A stretch of DNA of 64,000 nt, from assembly GCF_003704095.1 (NCBI RefSeq), contig NW_020847331.1:62001-126000 (forward strand), written 5' to 3'. Below, one piece after another: positions 1-13,667 of the stretch (positions within the stretch are counted from its first letter, which is position 1; every line of letters begins with the position of its first letter). The position numbers were made by a program, and so were the translations under genes. The notes beneath the pieces were generated by a model. It made no database searches. It was not told the origin of the DNA and saw only the letters and a list, made by a program, of their open reading frames with translations. Source of the stretch: Pocillopora damicornis (taxonomy: Eukaryota).

Positions 1-573
1 TTTGTTTTTTTCCCGGTGGACAGTCCATACGCCCACCTCTACTCAAGAGGAATGGCCAAACTTAATGCACGTTCAAACAGCCTAAAATAACTTCTTTACA
101 ACACCCAGTTTATCGCTTATCGCAGAAGGAAAATACAGACGTGACAGCTTGCTAAAACTGTCGACCACAAACGGTATCCTTTCCCCGAAAAATCTAGAAT
201 CACTGATTTGTTTTAAATTCTTAGCGTTAAAGTTGTCCAATTAATTCACTAGTTTTGCTTTGTTGACAACTTTCTTCTTAACTTCCATTTCAGAATTCTT
301 TGCTCTGATTCAATTGATTATATATAATCATATAGATAATAATATAATATAGATCGTTTGTATACGTTAAAGGAAACATTTTCCGTTAAACAACGATGTT
401 CTGACCGTCGAAATGACAAGAGCCCCATCACAACTCCACCTCCATAAATTTCACCTTTATACAACAATCCCATCTCTCAGGCACAACGGTGGCCGTTGTG
501 AAGAGATTTGATTATATATGCCAATACGAAAGTGTTAACCGGAAAATCATATTTCATTGCACGTATTTTGCAG

Positions 574-1184
574 AAATCGCTAAGTTATCATCGGGGCGAC
601 GTCTACGACCTGCTACCGGAAACATTTGCCACTGTTGAAATGATTCCTGACGCTGTTGGAACTTGGATGGTACACTGTCATGTGAATGTTCACATAACTG
701 GTGGAATGCAGGCACTCTTTACTGTCGTAGAACCAACAAGTGAGTGGCTGAAGTGCTGCGAGAATACCTTTGTTAGCATCATCTACCTCATCTTATCGTT
801 TACTCTCGTGGGTGAGAATAAGTGAGATTTAAGAGTAGGACTTAAAGTTTGGACCCCAACCCCCCTCCGACCCCCTCCTCCGCCGCATTGAACTCCCTTT
901 AACACAGTAAAGGTACTAATAGGAGGTTCTGGGTTCGTTGAAATGTCGGGATTCAGAAATCTTTAAATGTTCCCACCCACGTAACAGAACGAATTTATCC
1001 TCTTTAATCCCCGTTTAGTGTTCAACCTACTCTATGAAATCCCGCTGTTCTGACACGACCGTCACTGTTTCTTTCTGTTTTAGGTGCGCCAACCAAGAAG
1101 CTACACCCACCTACTTCTGGCACTTCAAGAATTATTACTTCCTTCACACTGTTGTCGATTGCGCACACAGTTTTTGTTTTGTAG
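574..1184 (+). CDS. Last two exons of a hephaestin/ceruloplasmin-like multicopper oxidase (gene starts left of window)
   Basis: Exon 574-739 (cag|AAA...ACA A|gtgagt) encodes KSLSYHRGDVYDLLPETFATVEMIPDAVGTWMVHCHVNVHITGGMQALFTV, with the intact HCHx3Hx4M copper-site motif. The phase-compatible exon 1084-1184 encodes SAPTKKLHPPTSGTSRIITSFTLLSIAHTVFVL*. Confidence 0.9.
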
Positions 1185-2924
1185 AATATCTCTTCTCACG
1201 AGTTGTACATTTTCGAAGAAAACGAGATTTCTCAATTTAGTTTTAAAAGTCCCGCAAGTTTCACACGTGTAGTCTCGACTCTCGGAGAACACTTTTTTTA
1301 TCCAAGTTCTTGAGGAGACTTACAGTCAATACATCACCATTTCCTAACCCTATAGATGACTTTAAATCCGAACCGCCTTTGTTGCAACAGCCCGTTATTC
1401 TGTGTGACTTACTTTACAAGCATTTTTGCAGGACCAGACGGCTTTTTTCCGGACTGGCTCACGTCAACCTGTCCAGCCCTGAACACTTTACTATGGTTTG
1501 CTACGGGACTGCGCGTGAGGCCGTACCGTTCATATGATAATTACTAGTACATCTCTGCTCCCGATCATTTTCATACGGTTTCCTATTTCCATTTCCACTG
1601 TTCAGGTTTTGTTAAAGGTGGAGAGGAATTCAATCGACTTTCAAAAGACTTCTGAAAGAATGACAGTTACCCTATTATAATCGGATTCTCTGTCTGCAAT
1701 AATTTTTTAATTTCAAAAGGTGGTGTTTTGTTTTTGGCTCCCTTCCTGCTTAATAATTCATCTTTGAATCTCTGGGAACGCTTGGTTTTAGCTCTCTCAA
1801 AGTAAACACTTCTTAATAAAAGTTTCATTCAACCTTGCAATTTTTGTTTTCTAACTTTGGTATTTCTCATCTTTTCTATCCCTGCCAATCACACATTTCT
1901 TTAGATTTAACAATAAACTGTATCACTTCGCTAAACAGCTCAGAAAGAGGATTTTGTCGAGAGCAGGCCGCGGTGTAGTGACCCGGCCTCGACTAACGCG
2001 GATCCGCGACCTTCAACATGGCTCATGGCGCAGCAGTCGGTGGCTTTAAGCCTACAACACGGCCGGCATGTCGCTTTTAATACTATATCATGATTCTGAG
2101 TTTCTATTCTTCTGAAGTTAAAACCATCTGGCCTTAATTTTTATGATTACGGTTTGCTAAATGTTTAAGCTCGTTTATAGAGCATATTACGAGGCTGCGC
2201 TTAGATACGAATTTTTTCTTTGAGTGTCGATAATATCACTTACGAGTGAGCAAAGCGCACGAGCGAGAGAGACAAATAAATACGAGAAGATAAATTCATA
2301 TCCATAGGTGGACTTGTCATTCTCTGTTTATCAGGTAGATTTTGAGTACATGTAGACACCGAATTCAGAGGTCGCCTGCACATAAACTCAGCTTGCAGAA
2401 AATTTCCGTCAAATTCTGAGTTACGGATAACACTAGTTATCTTTGCAAAAATATTTCCCTCTCTCACTCTTAACTCATCGTGTGAAGATGTAAAGGTCAC
2501 GTTCACCGCTTTTGGCGGCGACGATATTATGTATCCAAAATAGAAGAATTTCTGGTTTTTATGATTGTCTATATAAAAAATGTGTGTAATATCCTTATCC
2601 ACATAGTCACATCAAGGAATCTGTGGTAAAGCATATCTGTAGGTACCCGTTTGTAACATGGTAGTACTTTGCTATTCATCTGTAATAACCTTATCGCCCT
2701 GTCAGGTGGGGATAGCAGGGTGATAACGTTATTACAGGTGTCATTTGAGATAAAAAGCCTTTTCACTTATAGGCGATTGGTTAGTCTACCCAAAGCTTGT
2801 CAAGGCCGTCACACCAAAAGTTTGGTAAGGTGGTTAATATTAAAAGAAGGAAAGAAAAAGAAATAACAGAAAAAGGCATGTTATAATAAGGTTGGATAAT
2901 TCTCATACATTCTCTTGATTTAGT

Positions 2925-5900
2925 ATGGGATATCTTCTCTCCCGGACGGCGCTGTTATTTGCCGTTTGTAAGTATTGTCATCAGGATTTCCAAGTCGGTT
3001 GCGCTAATAACGACTATTAATGTTTGTTTATTCTGTAATATTTTATGTAGCATTATCCCTTTTTTTCTTGAGTTAGTTTAGCAAAAACATGACTGTGGTT
3101 TGATTTGTAGGCTTCACAATTTTGCGTTGTCTCGTGCTGTATACTCTACAAATACGCTGTCTGTATTTTTTCCTGCCAGTCTTAGTCACATTTCAAGAAT
3201 ATGTAACATGGGCATACCATTTACCCAAACACGAAGTCAGCACAGCGGAGGTGAAGTCTTTTAGTCCAACGGAATCAAAAGACTCAAGATTCTGGTCTTC
3301 TGGAAAGAGAGGTAGCGGTACGAACCCATATGCTATGTGTTGGTTAGAATCCATATGACATTTCAGCTCACGTTGTAGAGCGTCGGGCTGCGCTCAGGGT
3401 CTTAAAATAACTGAGGAGAATGTACTGCCTTTGCTGTATGAAATCCGTAAATGGTTAGACATTCCAGGCTTTTCGGAGAAGGAGATATACTTTAGGCCCG
3501 GTCTCCTGCACCTTCTCTCTACTAGTTAGCAGGGGACGCTAAAGAACCCATATGCATATTTTTCGCAAAGAGTAAGGAACATAGCTCCGGGTGTTATGGT
3601 CTGGCCTCGTTATCATTTATTCAGGCCCCGCATTCAAATCAGCTTTAAGCTGAACTGGGTCAGCCTGTCTAAATATGGCAAATAAACACATACGTACTTA
3701 TCAGTGAGCTACGTGCACCTGCCTAGAAAAGTAGGAGCCACTTCGGAAGGTTTTTGGAAAATTCTGGATTCTGAATTGGAATTGGCAAATGTTTTCATTT
3801 TTACTTTTTTTTTTTTGAGAAAGTACACAGTGGTGATAAAATATTTATAATGATCTCAAAGTGTTTTTTTTAATGTGCATTTTCAAAACAAATCAACACG
3901 AAGTAAGACAAAAGAGATATTGCTCCCTCAAATGACTTTCTCCATAGAAGTCTCTAAAGTTGTTATGGGAATAGCTGTAGTCGCAAATTGTCCCTTTTCA
4001 ACATGATCTTTTTTTAACAGAACTGAAGAATCTGATTTCTCAGCCTCAGTCGACGGCACCTGGAAACAAGAGAGCACTTCCAGCAGCAGCGTTAGCCGTA
4101 CTAAGTAATCCTAAAGTACAAGAAATAGCTTTAGACAAAGGAATTGATATAATTGGAAAAATGGTTGATAAAACTTTAGCAAACCTTGGACACACACGAA
4201 ATAAAGCAGCTGAATTCTTAAAGAAGGAGGTTGGTGATATACTTCTCTTTTATAGGCTTGTTAAACCTTTGCCCTATACTCGTCGCTAAGGGGTCTTCAG
4301 TCCTTATAAATGTTTTGTAAATGTAATAGAACATTTTTTAAAATCCCATTACATACAATAACCGACGGAGTTTGACAGTTTTTGCGTACAGCGAATATGG
4401 AAACATTTTTGGTTTAGTTAAACGCGAGCCAAATAACTCACACTGCCAGAGCTTATATCAATTTCCGTACCATGAAGTGGCTAAGTGTATTTCAACTCCC
4501 TTGAATGGGATACTAGTTTATCATAGGCTGCTTAAAACGAATTTCCTCTGGCATCCCTGAAAGCTCGCCTTTCACATTTATGGGTGACAAGAGGCATTGT
4601 GTGCATAAACCGTCCTGCCCAGGAACACAGCAACTTGACCGAAAGGTGTGAAAACTAGGATCTTCCAGCTGCAGACAACCTTTTTAATCATTAAATTCAG
4701 ATAAAGCTGGACATTACTCCCGACAAGGCCTGGATGAGTGACAACATGATGGTTCCATCAGCGTATCACCTGGATGCCTCCATCGACGGCGACTCCAAAT
4801 CTCCGGTAGAAGAAGGAAAAACTCCGTTCATTTACCCGGCAGGAATGGGTCATATTCTTATGAACGGATGTTGGGGAAAAGACTACAAGATTGGTGATCC
4901 ATGTTACAATGCGAAGGAAAACTCGTCATTATGTAGGGTAAGGATAAATGCCATGAAAATAAACTTTAAAGATCAGGATAATCTAAAAAGAAAACGAAAT
5001 TCAAACTATTCATAGTCAACTATGATGAAATCATTAGATTATCAGAGAAATTAACGACAACAGAAAAACAAAGAGAATAACAAAGAGAAAGAGAAAGGAA
5101 ATAAGGCGAGCAATCAGAGAAAGGGGTGAGAAAGAAAAATTATTATTTAAGGAAATAACAGCTTTCTCCTTTGATGTTACTGTTTCTCATTTTATTTGCA
5201 TGTAAGGTTCCTTCAGGGTACTTTTCAATTGCATTTACCTCTACAGGATATGATTGATGGCGCCCCTTTCATAGGTGTGGGTTTTGACGGAAGCGGAACA
5301 TAGTCCAGAGTCCAGAAAAATGAGTATTGTCCAGAGAAACTGTGCCACCAAATCAAAGTAAGAATGAGACCCTTAAACTCTGCTGCATCATCTAGTGTCT
5401 CTCCCTCTTGTTGCCTCAATGATTCTATACTCAGTTTCCATTTCAGTTTTGATCCCCTTTTTTTCAGCTACGATCACCGAAACGTTCCAGACACCATGAA
5501 TGTCCATGGTATTTATGAGACGTCAGCGTTTATGCTGACCTTTGAGAATAGCGCTGAATACCAGACATATCTCGAACACCAGGCTGGCGTCTCCAAATCT
5601 TCCTTAGGCTTCATGACAGGAGTGAAAAAAGCCTGGGGTGGCTCAATGCAAACTAGTACTCAGCAGTTTATGGCTGCCTTGTACGTGGATGTAGAGAGGT
5701 GAGTAAGTAACAAAGTTGTGCAATAAATTTGCATACAACTTAGCAACAGCCTATTCACAACATTAACAGAAAAAAAGAGTTCCAAATTGTTTCCAATGAT
5801 GAATGACGCCAAGTGAAAACTAAGTAGTAACTATAGTATTCATGTCTTGGATGAGGAATTTTGTCAGGGTTGTTGAAATGCAAGAAAATATCATTGACCA

Positions 5901-8900
5901 TAGATGTTTGCATAAGGATCCTCCTAAACGGGAAATGGTCGTCTGATTAACTGATGCAGTCTTTGAATTTAAGGTACGAAATCTTCATGGACGAAGTAAA
6001 ACCAAGTGATCTTAGTCTGTCATTCCTGAGAGAATTCATGGAACTTCCAATCTCCTATTTTCAACCTGGTGCACAGATAAAATACCGTAAGGAACATTCT
6101 CTGACTTATGTTAACACTGATCCTTTGATAATGCCCACATCCACACAAAGATGTTCAGAGTGATGAAAGAATTGGCCATTTATGTGTCACATAAATATCC
6201 TGTTCTAAAATTAATAAACTGCAAAACCAGATGGAGAAAACAGCGCTAAGTAAAGGTTTCCGAAATTGTGGTTTCTTACTGCGAATGTATGATTAGCAAG
6301 TTGTGGTGATCTGATAAGAAAAAAAAACCAGTTTGAAAACCGAAGAGATTCACGTATTTACATGTTGTAGTTGATAATATGCATCTTTAGACAGCTTCGT
6401 TCTAATCCAGTTTTTTTTTTACATAAAATGACATTAATGGATTAGTCACTTTTGACCTTAGATAACTATATCCAATGATGAGGTATCCACCACAAAAAAT
6501 AAGGATAATTGCAAATTAGTAAGCATCTCAAAAGGCATCACGATCTAAGTGGAAATGAGAATTAAATTTAGATATTATGGCAGGTTATAAGAGAGGAATG
6601 GGGGCGGGGGGGCGGCGGGGCGGTTGAGGGAAGCTTGTTCTTGCCGTATATTGTCTGATTCTGGTAAGAGAACGATGTCAGAAAATTGAGAACGATAAAN
6701 NNNNNNNNNNNNNNNNNNNNNNNNNNNNNNNNNNNNNNNNNNNNNNNNNNNNNNNNNNNNNNNNNNNNNNNNNNNNNNNNNNNNNNNNNNNNNNNNNNNT
6801 ATCGGAGATGCATTGCTGTACCAGTCATACTTTGTTTGCCTTTATGAAAAGCCTAACAGCACTCTGATTGAATATGGAAAGTCTCTGGGTACCTCAGACG
6901 GTGGAGACATATACCTGACGCATCTTGACGCGAACGATCCTTTGCCCGTCCGATTTTACGCCTTTGGTAACATGGATAAGGTTGTCAAAATATGGGACGC
7001 TCACATTATACCACGTGACCTCACAGATGCTGATTGCAAAGGAAGCACTTACAAAGATCCTCCAACAAATCTGTGCTTTTTGAAGTGCCATGAATATTGC
7101 GACCCGTTTGCAGGTTGATCTACTATAGAATTATTGTTGATATCTATTAGCGTTAGGTGTGAACAGTCCGTACCTCAAGAAGACTCGCTCATTAATCGTG
7201 ACATGGAATTATATTTTATGGAAAATATGTTCATTGGAGAAAAAAAATTCATAAGTTAAAAAGTGAGATGAAAATAATCTATTAGCCTATAGAAAGAATA
7301 TGTATAACCGAACTAAGACTTTTTTCATTGTCTGATGAGTGCTTGTCTCTGTTTAGGTTGCAAAAACGCAGGTGCGAAAGACTTACAGCCCTCGGATTGT
7401 TTGGCTTGTAGAATAGCCAAGGATCCAAAGACTAATGTGTGCTTAGAAAAATGTCCGGAAAACCAAACAAAAACAAGGAATGTTTACGTAAGAGTTTAAG
7501 GGTATTTAGCAGATAGGTCACATGAAAGAGAAAAAACATTTCGAGAAGAAACTAGAAATGACAGGAATCTTCCATTTTTACTAGTGATCGTTCTGGTCTT
7601 GAAGGAGAACCACTGAAAGTCGTAATTTGCAACTAAGGAGGGGACAACCATCATGTGTGTTTCTGTTTTGGATGAGAGATACTGGGGATACTAAAAGACT
7701 AATTTTGGCGACAGGAAATTTGATCTAGTACACGTCTTTTAACTTGTGTAAAAATTAAGCACCATTTGCCGATAGGTGGTGGTTTGCCGACGTGAAAAAT
7801 GATTCGTTTATCTAGATATTTATTTGCTTCTAAATCGAAAAAAAGCAGGAATTGTAAGAGATGAAAGATAAACGCTACAGAGCTTCATTCTCCATTGGTC
7901 ATGATACCAGGAAGCGCGAGTGGAAAAAAAATGATTTGTAAAATAGATGTTTAGAATCCGATACCAGCATAGCGGAAAACCTTATTTGGTTTGTTCCATG
8001 ACAAAATCCGAAGGTCGAGGTCTATAGTGTATCGCAGTTCAGATGTCATGGTCTATGAACCAAGAAAAACTCAGGAATTAATGTATGCTGTGTCTTTAAA
8101 CATTCAACTAACGTTTCCATCAACGGTATCGTTTGCCTTTGCAGTCACATTTGATGCTATGACAGTCGTAGGAGGAGTAGGTGGAGTAAAGGTTCAAGAT
8201 ATGCCCGCTCTGAATCACATGACATTGTGTCTGTGGACAAAGTTTCCTCAAACGAGTGTGAGCGGACTTAAGATGACCAGCCTGGTTAGTTACTTCGACA
8301 CAAGTAGAAAAATTGGTTTCTCGTTCAATATCGTGGAGTATAATGGCGAAGGTCTTGTAGGTTTTTTGCTTGGCCACGTTGACAAGTGAGTGCCTTTAGT
8401 TATGACTGTTTCTCGTCCTAGATTTATACAATACATGTAGATCCATGGCAATTACAATTGAAAGTTGGCCAAGTACATCGAGAAACAAGTAATTAGTGGG
8501 GAAAGGTGTTTTTTTTGTCTAAATCAAACTATCTTGATTAGTTGGGAAAAAGAACAAGGTGTCATAGGAAGAGAATTCGATTATAATTGTAATAAAATAT
8601 AATTTCATTAAGCTCGATGCGCCTCCCTTTCCGATTGTTATCTAATGAATAATGATCCAGTCAGAAAAACTATTTTAAAAATATTTTGCAACTTAGCATA
8701 GCCACAGAGGGTAAGATGATGCCTCTTTTGCCTTTTCGCAGAATGAAGACATTGCACTTTTCAAGCGCATTTCTAGATGATAATGACTGGCATCGGTTGT
8801 GCATTACTTGGAACGGTGTCACTGGCGTGACTAAGGTGTACGTTGATGGCGTTCAAAACGAAAGTGCTGAATTTGGTAAATACGCCGTAGGGGGATTAAT

Positions 8901-9273
8901 AAAGGATTCGTTACCGGGAGGTGGAACTTTAGAAGTTTTAGCTGTTTACAGCCAGGTAGTCTATGTGTCTGAATTGAGCCTGTGGGATAAAGCTCTCTCT
9001 GCAGTAGAAATTTCTGAGTCGTCAAAACTCTGTTTTGGGAAGTAGGGAAATGTGAAGAAATGGTCGGATTTTTGGCCTGGCTTTAGCAAGGACAAATCTC
9101 GGTACGAAGCGCCTTCCCAGTGCAAATCTCCTAATGGCAGCAGTGAGGAAATGATAGAAGAGGGCCTTGCGGTCTCAGAAAAGAAACCATTTCCCCTTAA
9201 TGCAAAGAAAAGAAGAGCTTTCAAATACGCAAGAAAGGGACAAAAAAAATCCCACCCGGTAGCTTTAATCTGA
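2925..9273 (+). pseudogene. MACPF / FAMeT-like / furin-repeat / pentraxin gene, copy 1 (disrupted; core lies in N gap)
   Basis: Exons 2925-2967, 3180-3317, 4021-4229, 4701-4937, 5247-5357, 5468-5698, 5974-6086, [gap 6700-6799], 6800-7113, 7357-7487, 8145-8385, 8742-9273. Lesions relative to copy 2: TAG at 5301-5303 with a 2-nt shortfall, a 7-nt deletion in the furin exon, and TAG at 9043-9045 (CAG in copy 2). Confidence 0.88.
3380..3645 (+). mobile_element. SINE-like interspersed repeat in MACPF intron 2 (also ~15915-16185)
   Basis: ctcagggtcttaaaataactgaggagaatgtactgcctttg...aatggttagac...ggggacgctaaagaaccca resembles a common cnidarian SINE body (recognised from memory). Confidence 0.5.
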
Positions 9274-9791
9274 TACTCAGAATGTAGCGTCGAAGCCTTC
9301 GGTGTCAAGAAAAACTTCAGAGGAGTCCACGTTTAACTCGAACTCAGGCGTTCACTGGCAGGTACGCCAAACAAAATGTACACGCCGTGTTCAAGATATC
9401 TCTTCAGTTAAACGCTTGACATGTATGAATAACTTTAAACACTCCCTGAGTGTGGATTTTAATAACAATGTTACGGAAGTTTTTCCTAATAAGAATTAAA
9501 ATGTATAGCAACAACTATCTTAGACTCAATCTCAATATTAAAATGGATGAAAAGGTCACTGGCAGTAGTGCATAATCATACGTTGCTGTGTAACCACACA
9601 AATGCTGTGATACATTGACGTTTTGCTTCTGAAGAAGCGTTAAGGTATACTTGATGCAAATGATAAGCTGAAAAAAAGGATCGTGAATCCCTTGCTGTAT
9701 AATAACTGCACTAGTCGCCTGAAAGAACTTGATCTCTCAATTTGTAGATCTGAGTCAGGGAAAAAAAAGGCATCAAACAAAACTCTATAAC

Positions 9792-10198
9792 ATGAACGGT
9801 CACAAATTCAGTAAAGGACGCAAATACGATAGAGAAATGGAGAGAGCATTTATTTTGATTTACCACAACATCAATAGGGTTACAGGATGGGCGGGTGTAC
9901 GAACGTGCTTCTAATCGAGTGTCATTCGTTGCGGACCAAGTCGATTTAGAACACACTTTGCAAAGGCTGTCAACCACGTCAGACCCGTTGAATGGACCGA
10001 CTGAGGGTGTCCTTCGACGAAACATGTATCACGAATCTATCACTCGTCCTAAATCTCGTTTTCTTTCCGAGGGTTACGATAGTAATCCATCCTCTCAACA
10101 GCGAAAAGTTTCATTTGCTGATGATTGCACCTCGAAAGAGCTGACAAAGGGCAACGGTCATACCCGGACATAGATCGACAACTGAACCGTCATCTTTG
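9792..10198 (+). pseudogene. HNIKRLQD/RVxF family paralog A' (frameshifted)
   Basis: Duplicate of 25096-25494. A +1 insertion falls in the conserved motif (aatagggttacag vs aagaggttacag), with a further 1-nt indel near 10135. QRKVSFAD is retained in the downstream frame. Confidence 0.85.
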
Positions 10199-10693
10199 AA
10201 TTACAGCAAAAAGAAGACGATTTAAAAAGGAGGGAAATGGTGCATTTATGCCTCAAATACTGGCGTTTATAGATAATTGCTCAGAAGTGGAACGCCTGAT
10301 TGTGTAACGGTAGAAACCGTTTACACTTAATTGCTTTCAATTCGTCTGTTTCCTGATATCAAAGAAAAAAGAAAACCAACGAAAAACATTAGAAATTTAG
10401 GAAATGCTTTTATGTTGCAAATGAAGATAAATAATACTGGCGAACTTTGACTTAGTAGATTCCCTTTAGCCAAAAAATCACTAGAACTGTAGGACAAAAC
10501 AAAGCGTTTTAATAGTAACTTTGATTCGTCAGCCCGCCGATCCCTACAAATTAAATTGTTAATTGACGTAAGGTTAAAGAAGCATTGTTTGATATGACAC
10601 GGAGCTACATAGTTTGGTTTATTGAGTGACCCGCCACTCTATAAACTGCACGTTCACCTCGCGACATTGAGCTTTAAATATAAACTTAACGTT

Positions 10694-10891
10694 ATGAGAG
10701 ACCATAAAAGTTCCGAGAAAATGTCGAATGGTCAATCTAGGAGACACAGAAAAGAAGAGAAGTCAGATTCGCTGACGACCATGAATTGAAAGACAGGCGG
10801 GTTGACCGACAAAGAAAATCGTTAACTAAGAGTGTGTTCAGATTTACATCCACGTATTGTTGTCACAAAAGAGGTTGATAGCGAAAAATAG
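10694..10891 (+). pseudogene. HNIKRLQD/RVxF family paralog B' (internal deletion)
   Basis: The start MRDHKSSEKMSNGQSRRH matches 26701, then jumps ~290 nt to the KVRFADDHE region, deleting the conserved helix. Confidence 0.85.
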
Positions 10892-11922
10892 GAGATAAGC
10901 ATGCAAATGTTGGAAAAAAAGGCAAAAAAAAAATACGAGCTGTAGTATAAAACATAAAAAAGCTGTCACTACCTACGATTACGACTACTTACGGATTAAC
11001 TACTAAATGTAGATTTCAAAATGACGATGTGTCCACAAAGAATGAACGTCGGGGAAAGCAAGAATGACATCTGTGAGAGTGTAATATCTATACTTTTTAA
11101 GCTCTTTTAAGTCTCTTCAGTAAACAATTTAAGTAATAGAGCAATTCCCGTATTAGTAAGTGACTTATGACGCATTTTATAAGTTTCAAAAAATATACTT
11201 TGATGTAAACATACCGCGTTGACATTGTATGGCGAACATATATCCTGACTCTTCTTTTCAAAAATCATTACACCGTCGCACTTTGCCACGAGCAGTTATT
11301 TAATTCGTCCAACATCACTCAAGTATTCTTTCTCGGCTTGCACGGCAAAAACCACCTGTAGTTATGATTATCTAGTCACAAGCGCTATTACCATTCTCGA
11401 CTCACAAACCGACTTAAGAGCAATGAATTTCATGGCTCATTAATTTAGATGAGTAAGAACGAAGTAGGAAGGTAGGTTGTGATACAGAAAGATCTTTGTC
11501 CTCAAATGAGCAGTTTTTTATCGAGTGTAAAAAGACATCCCGGATTATACATTGGTGAAATGTTTTTAGTTATGTCATTGGTCAAGAAAACTTGCTTCAC
11601 CCTCCTTGTCAATCGGAGAGGAGAATTAAAACCAAGTACGATTTGGTCACTTCGAATCTCCTTTGAGACAGCTCGCTTATTTTGTTTTTCGGTTCTCATT
11701 CGCTCCTTGTAATTTTTTTCCTTCGTTTTGATCGACCGCTTTAATTACTTTGACTTTAGCAATATTACTTTCACATCAGTATTGGTCTCTGGCAACGCCG
11801 AAAACATAGCCCCAATGGCCGGATTTCGAAAAAAGCATAGCACCGTTTTAGCCTGTTTCTTTTGAGAATATCTGTTGCGAAAAGTAACACATGACAACGA
11901 GTGTTCGCCTTGTAGATCAGCT

Positions 11923-12146
11923 GGGCACAGTTGTTAGAAGACCAGTTAGTGCTAACCCAAATTAAATTTTAATCTGGGTTTCTTTATTCCTTTATTCAAG
12001 AATTTTGTGGATTCTTTTAAGAGCATCCAATAACAATATCCAAGACAAAGAGAATTGGACCAAATTTACTTCTAAAGCTTTCAGATCTGAAATCAGATTT
12101 CACACTAACCCTGGGTTATCTTAACTCACTTTGAACAACTCGGCTC
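11923..12146. mobile_element. MITE-like element near the duplication junction
   Basis: Imperfect TIRs gggcacagttgttagaag / ctttgaacaactcggctc, with internal gctaaccc / gggttatc. Confidence 0.55.
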
Positions 12147-12363
12147 AGGTCTGACCACTTGGACGACCAACTTCGAAATTCTGCAGTTTTTTTTTTTATC
12201 GGCTGATGTGATATTTTCACTGATACGGCAAAATTTTATAAATCCATACGTAACAAGTCTATTCGAAGCATTGCATTGTCAATGCAAATTTCTGGCCTCA
12301 GAAATTCCATACAATTTTACAAGGATTGTGCAGTCTATCAAATCTTCTCTCTCCGTGTATACA

Positions 12364-13667
12364 GGGCACGTGTTTGGAAACATGCCACCACTGACAATGT
12401 AAACCGGGGAGAAAGTTGTCTTGTACCTGTTTCAAGTTGGAGGCATGACTGAAATGCAAACAGTACATTTTCACGGCCATAACATTTTGTATGTAAGTAT
12501 TATGAAACATTAGGTGAATTCTGTCTATTTCCGGGTGCCGAATATTATGATCTAAAAACACCCAAGTTGATTTTTGCGTCTCTTTATGAGGGGTGGTTAG
12601 AGCAGATGAGACGTTCGAAAGTCACATCACAACAGAGTGCACCAAGAAGGTCTCGATGGGGTGATAGCTTTTACGGCTGACGGTTAAAATTTTGGCCATT
12701 TTACGGCTACCTTTAAACCAAAATGACACACAATGACACATTGTAGAAACGAAAAACTTTTAGAACTATTTTATGACAAACGGTAAAAAAATTTGTCAAT
12801 TTTTAACAGCTATATCTTTCGACCGTTTTACGGCTATCGGTTAACCCCACTGAGACCCTACACCGATACCCTGCACACCCAAAGCGAACATCTAAACACC
12901 CTTTCTCTTCGACGACCACTCCTTTTCTTCGTCTGTCATCCTTTCGTTTTTGTTTTTTCCCGGTGGACAGTCCATACGCCCACCTCTACACAAGAGGAAT
13001 GGCCAAACTGAAAGCAAGTTCAAACTTCCTAAAATAACTTCTTTACAACACCCAGTTTATCGCTTACTAACGTACGCAGAAGAAAAATACAGACATGACA
13101 GCTTGCTCAAACTGACGACCACAGACAGTGTTCTTTCGTTAAAACATGCAGAGCCACTGATTTATCGTCAATTCTTAGAGCGTACGTTATTTAAAGTTAT
13201 CTAATTAATTCACTAGTTTTGTTTTATTGACAACTTTCTTCTTATCTTCCATTTAAGAATTTATTTGCTCTGATTCAATTGATTATATATCGTATGTGTA
13301 TGTTAAAGGAAACATTTTTCGTTAAACAACGATGTTCTGACCGTCGAAATGACAAGAGTCAGATCACAACTCCACCTCCATTTAACACAGAGGAGGTACA
13401 AATAGGAAATCCTGGGTTTGCTAACATGTGGGGGCCCAAACATTTTTAAATGTTCCCACGCCCGTAACAGAACGAATTCATCCTCCATAATCCCCGTTTA
13501 GTGTTCAACCTACTCTATGAAATCCCGCTGATCTATCACGACCGTAACTGTCCTTTTTTTTTTTAGGTTGCCAACCGAGAAGCGACCCCCACCTACTGCT
13601 GGCACTTCAAGAATTATTACTTCCTTCATACTGTTGTCAATTGCGCACACAGTTTTTTGTTTTGTAG
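12364..13667 (+). pseudogene. Decayed duplicate of the multicopper oxidase 3' end
   Basis: 12364-12492 reads GHVFGNMPPLTM*TGEKVVLYLFQVGGMTEMQTVHFHGHNILY|gtaagt (stop at 12400-12402; HxxHxH becomes QxxHxH). The HCH exon is deleted (jump at ~13380). The last-exon copy at 13567-13667 has indels. Confidence 0.82.
12648..12859. mobile_element. MITE-like element with ttacggcta subrepeats (related copy ~39194-39376)
   Basis: TIRs aggtctcgatggggt / accccactgagaccct and repeated ttttacggct(g/a). Confidence 0.55.

Larger units (their letters stand above)
1..11466 (+). repeat. Segmental tandem duplication, copy 1
   Basis: Colinear with ~12948-27787. Position 1 tttgttttttcccggtggacagtccatacgcccacc recurs at ~12948, and homology ends at taagaacgaagt (~11465 / ~27786). 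Confidence 0.92.

Noticed and set aside
1934-2065. GC-rich block in copy 1 only, tRNA-like on the minus strand
   Set aside because: It cannot be folded into a convincing cloverleaf; at most a degenerate SINE head.
8961-9308. Minus-strand ORFs opposite coding exons (also 24036-24428, 26862-27239, 20781-21113)
   Set aside because: These are antisense shadows of real exons with no independent motif.
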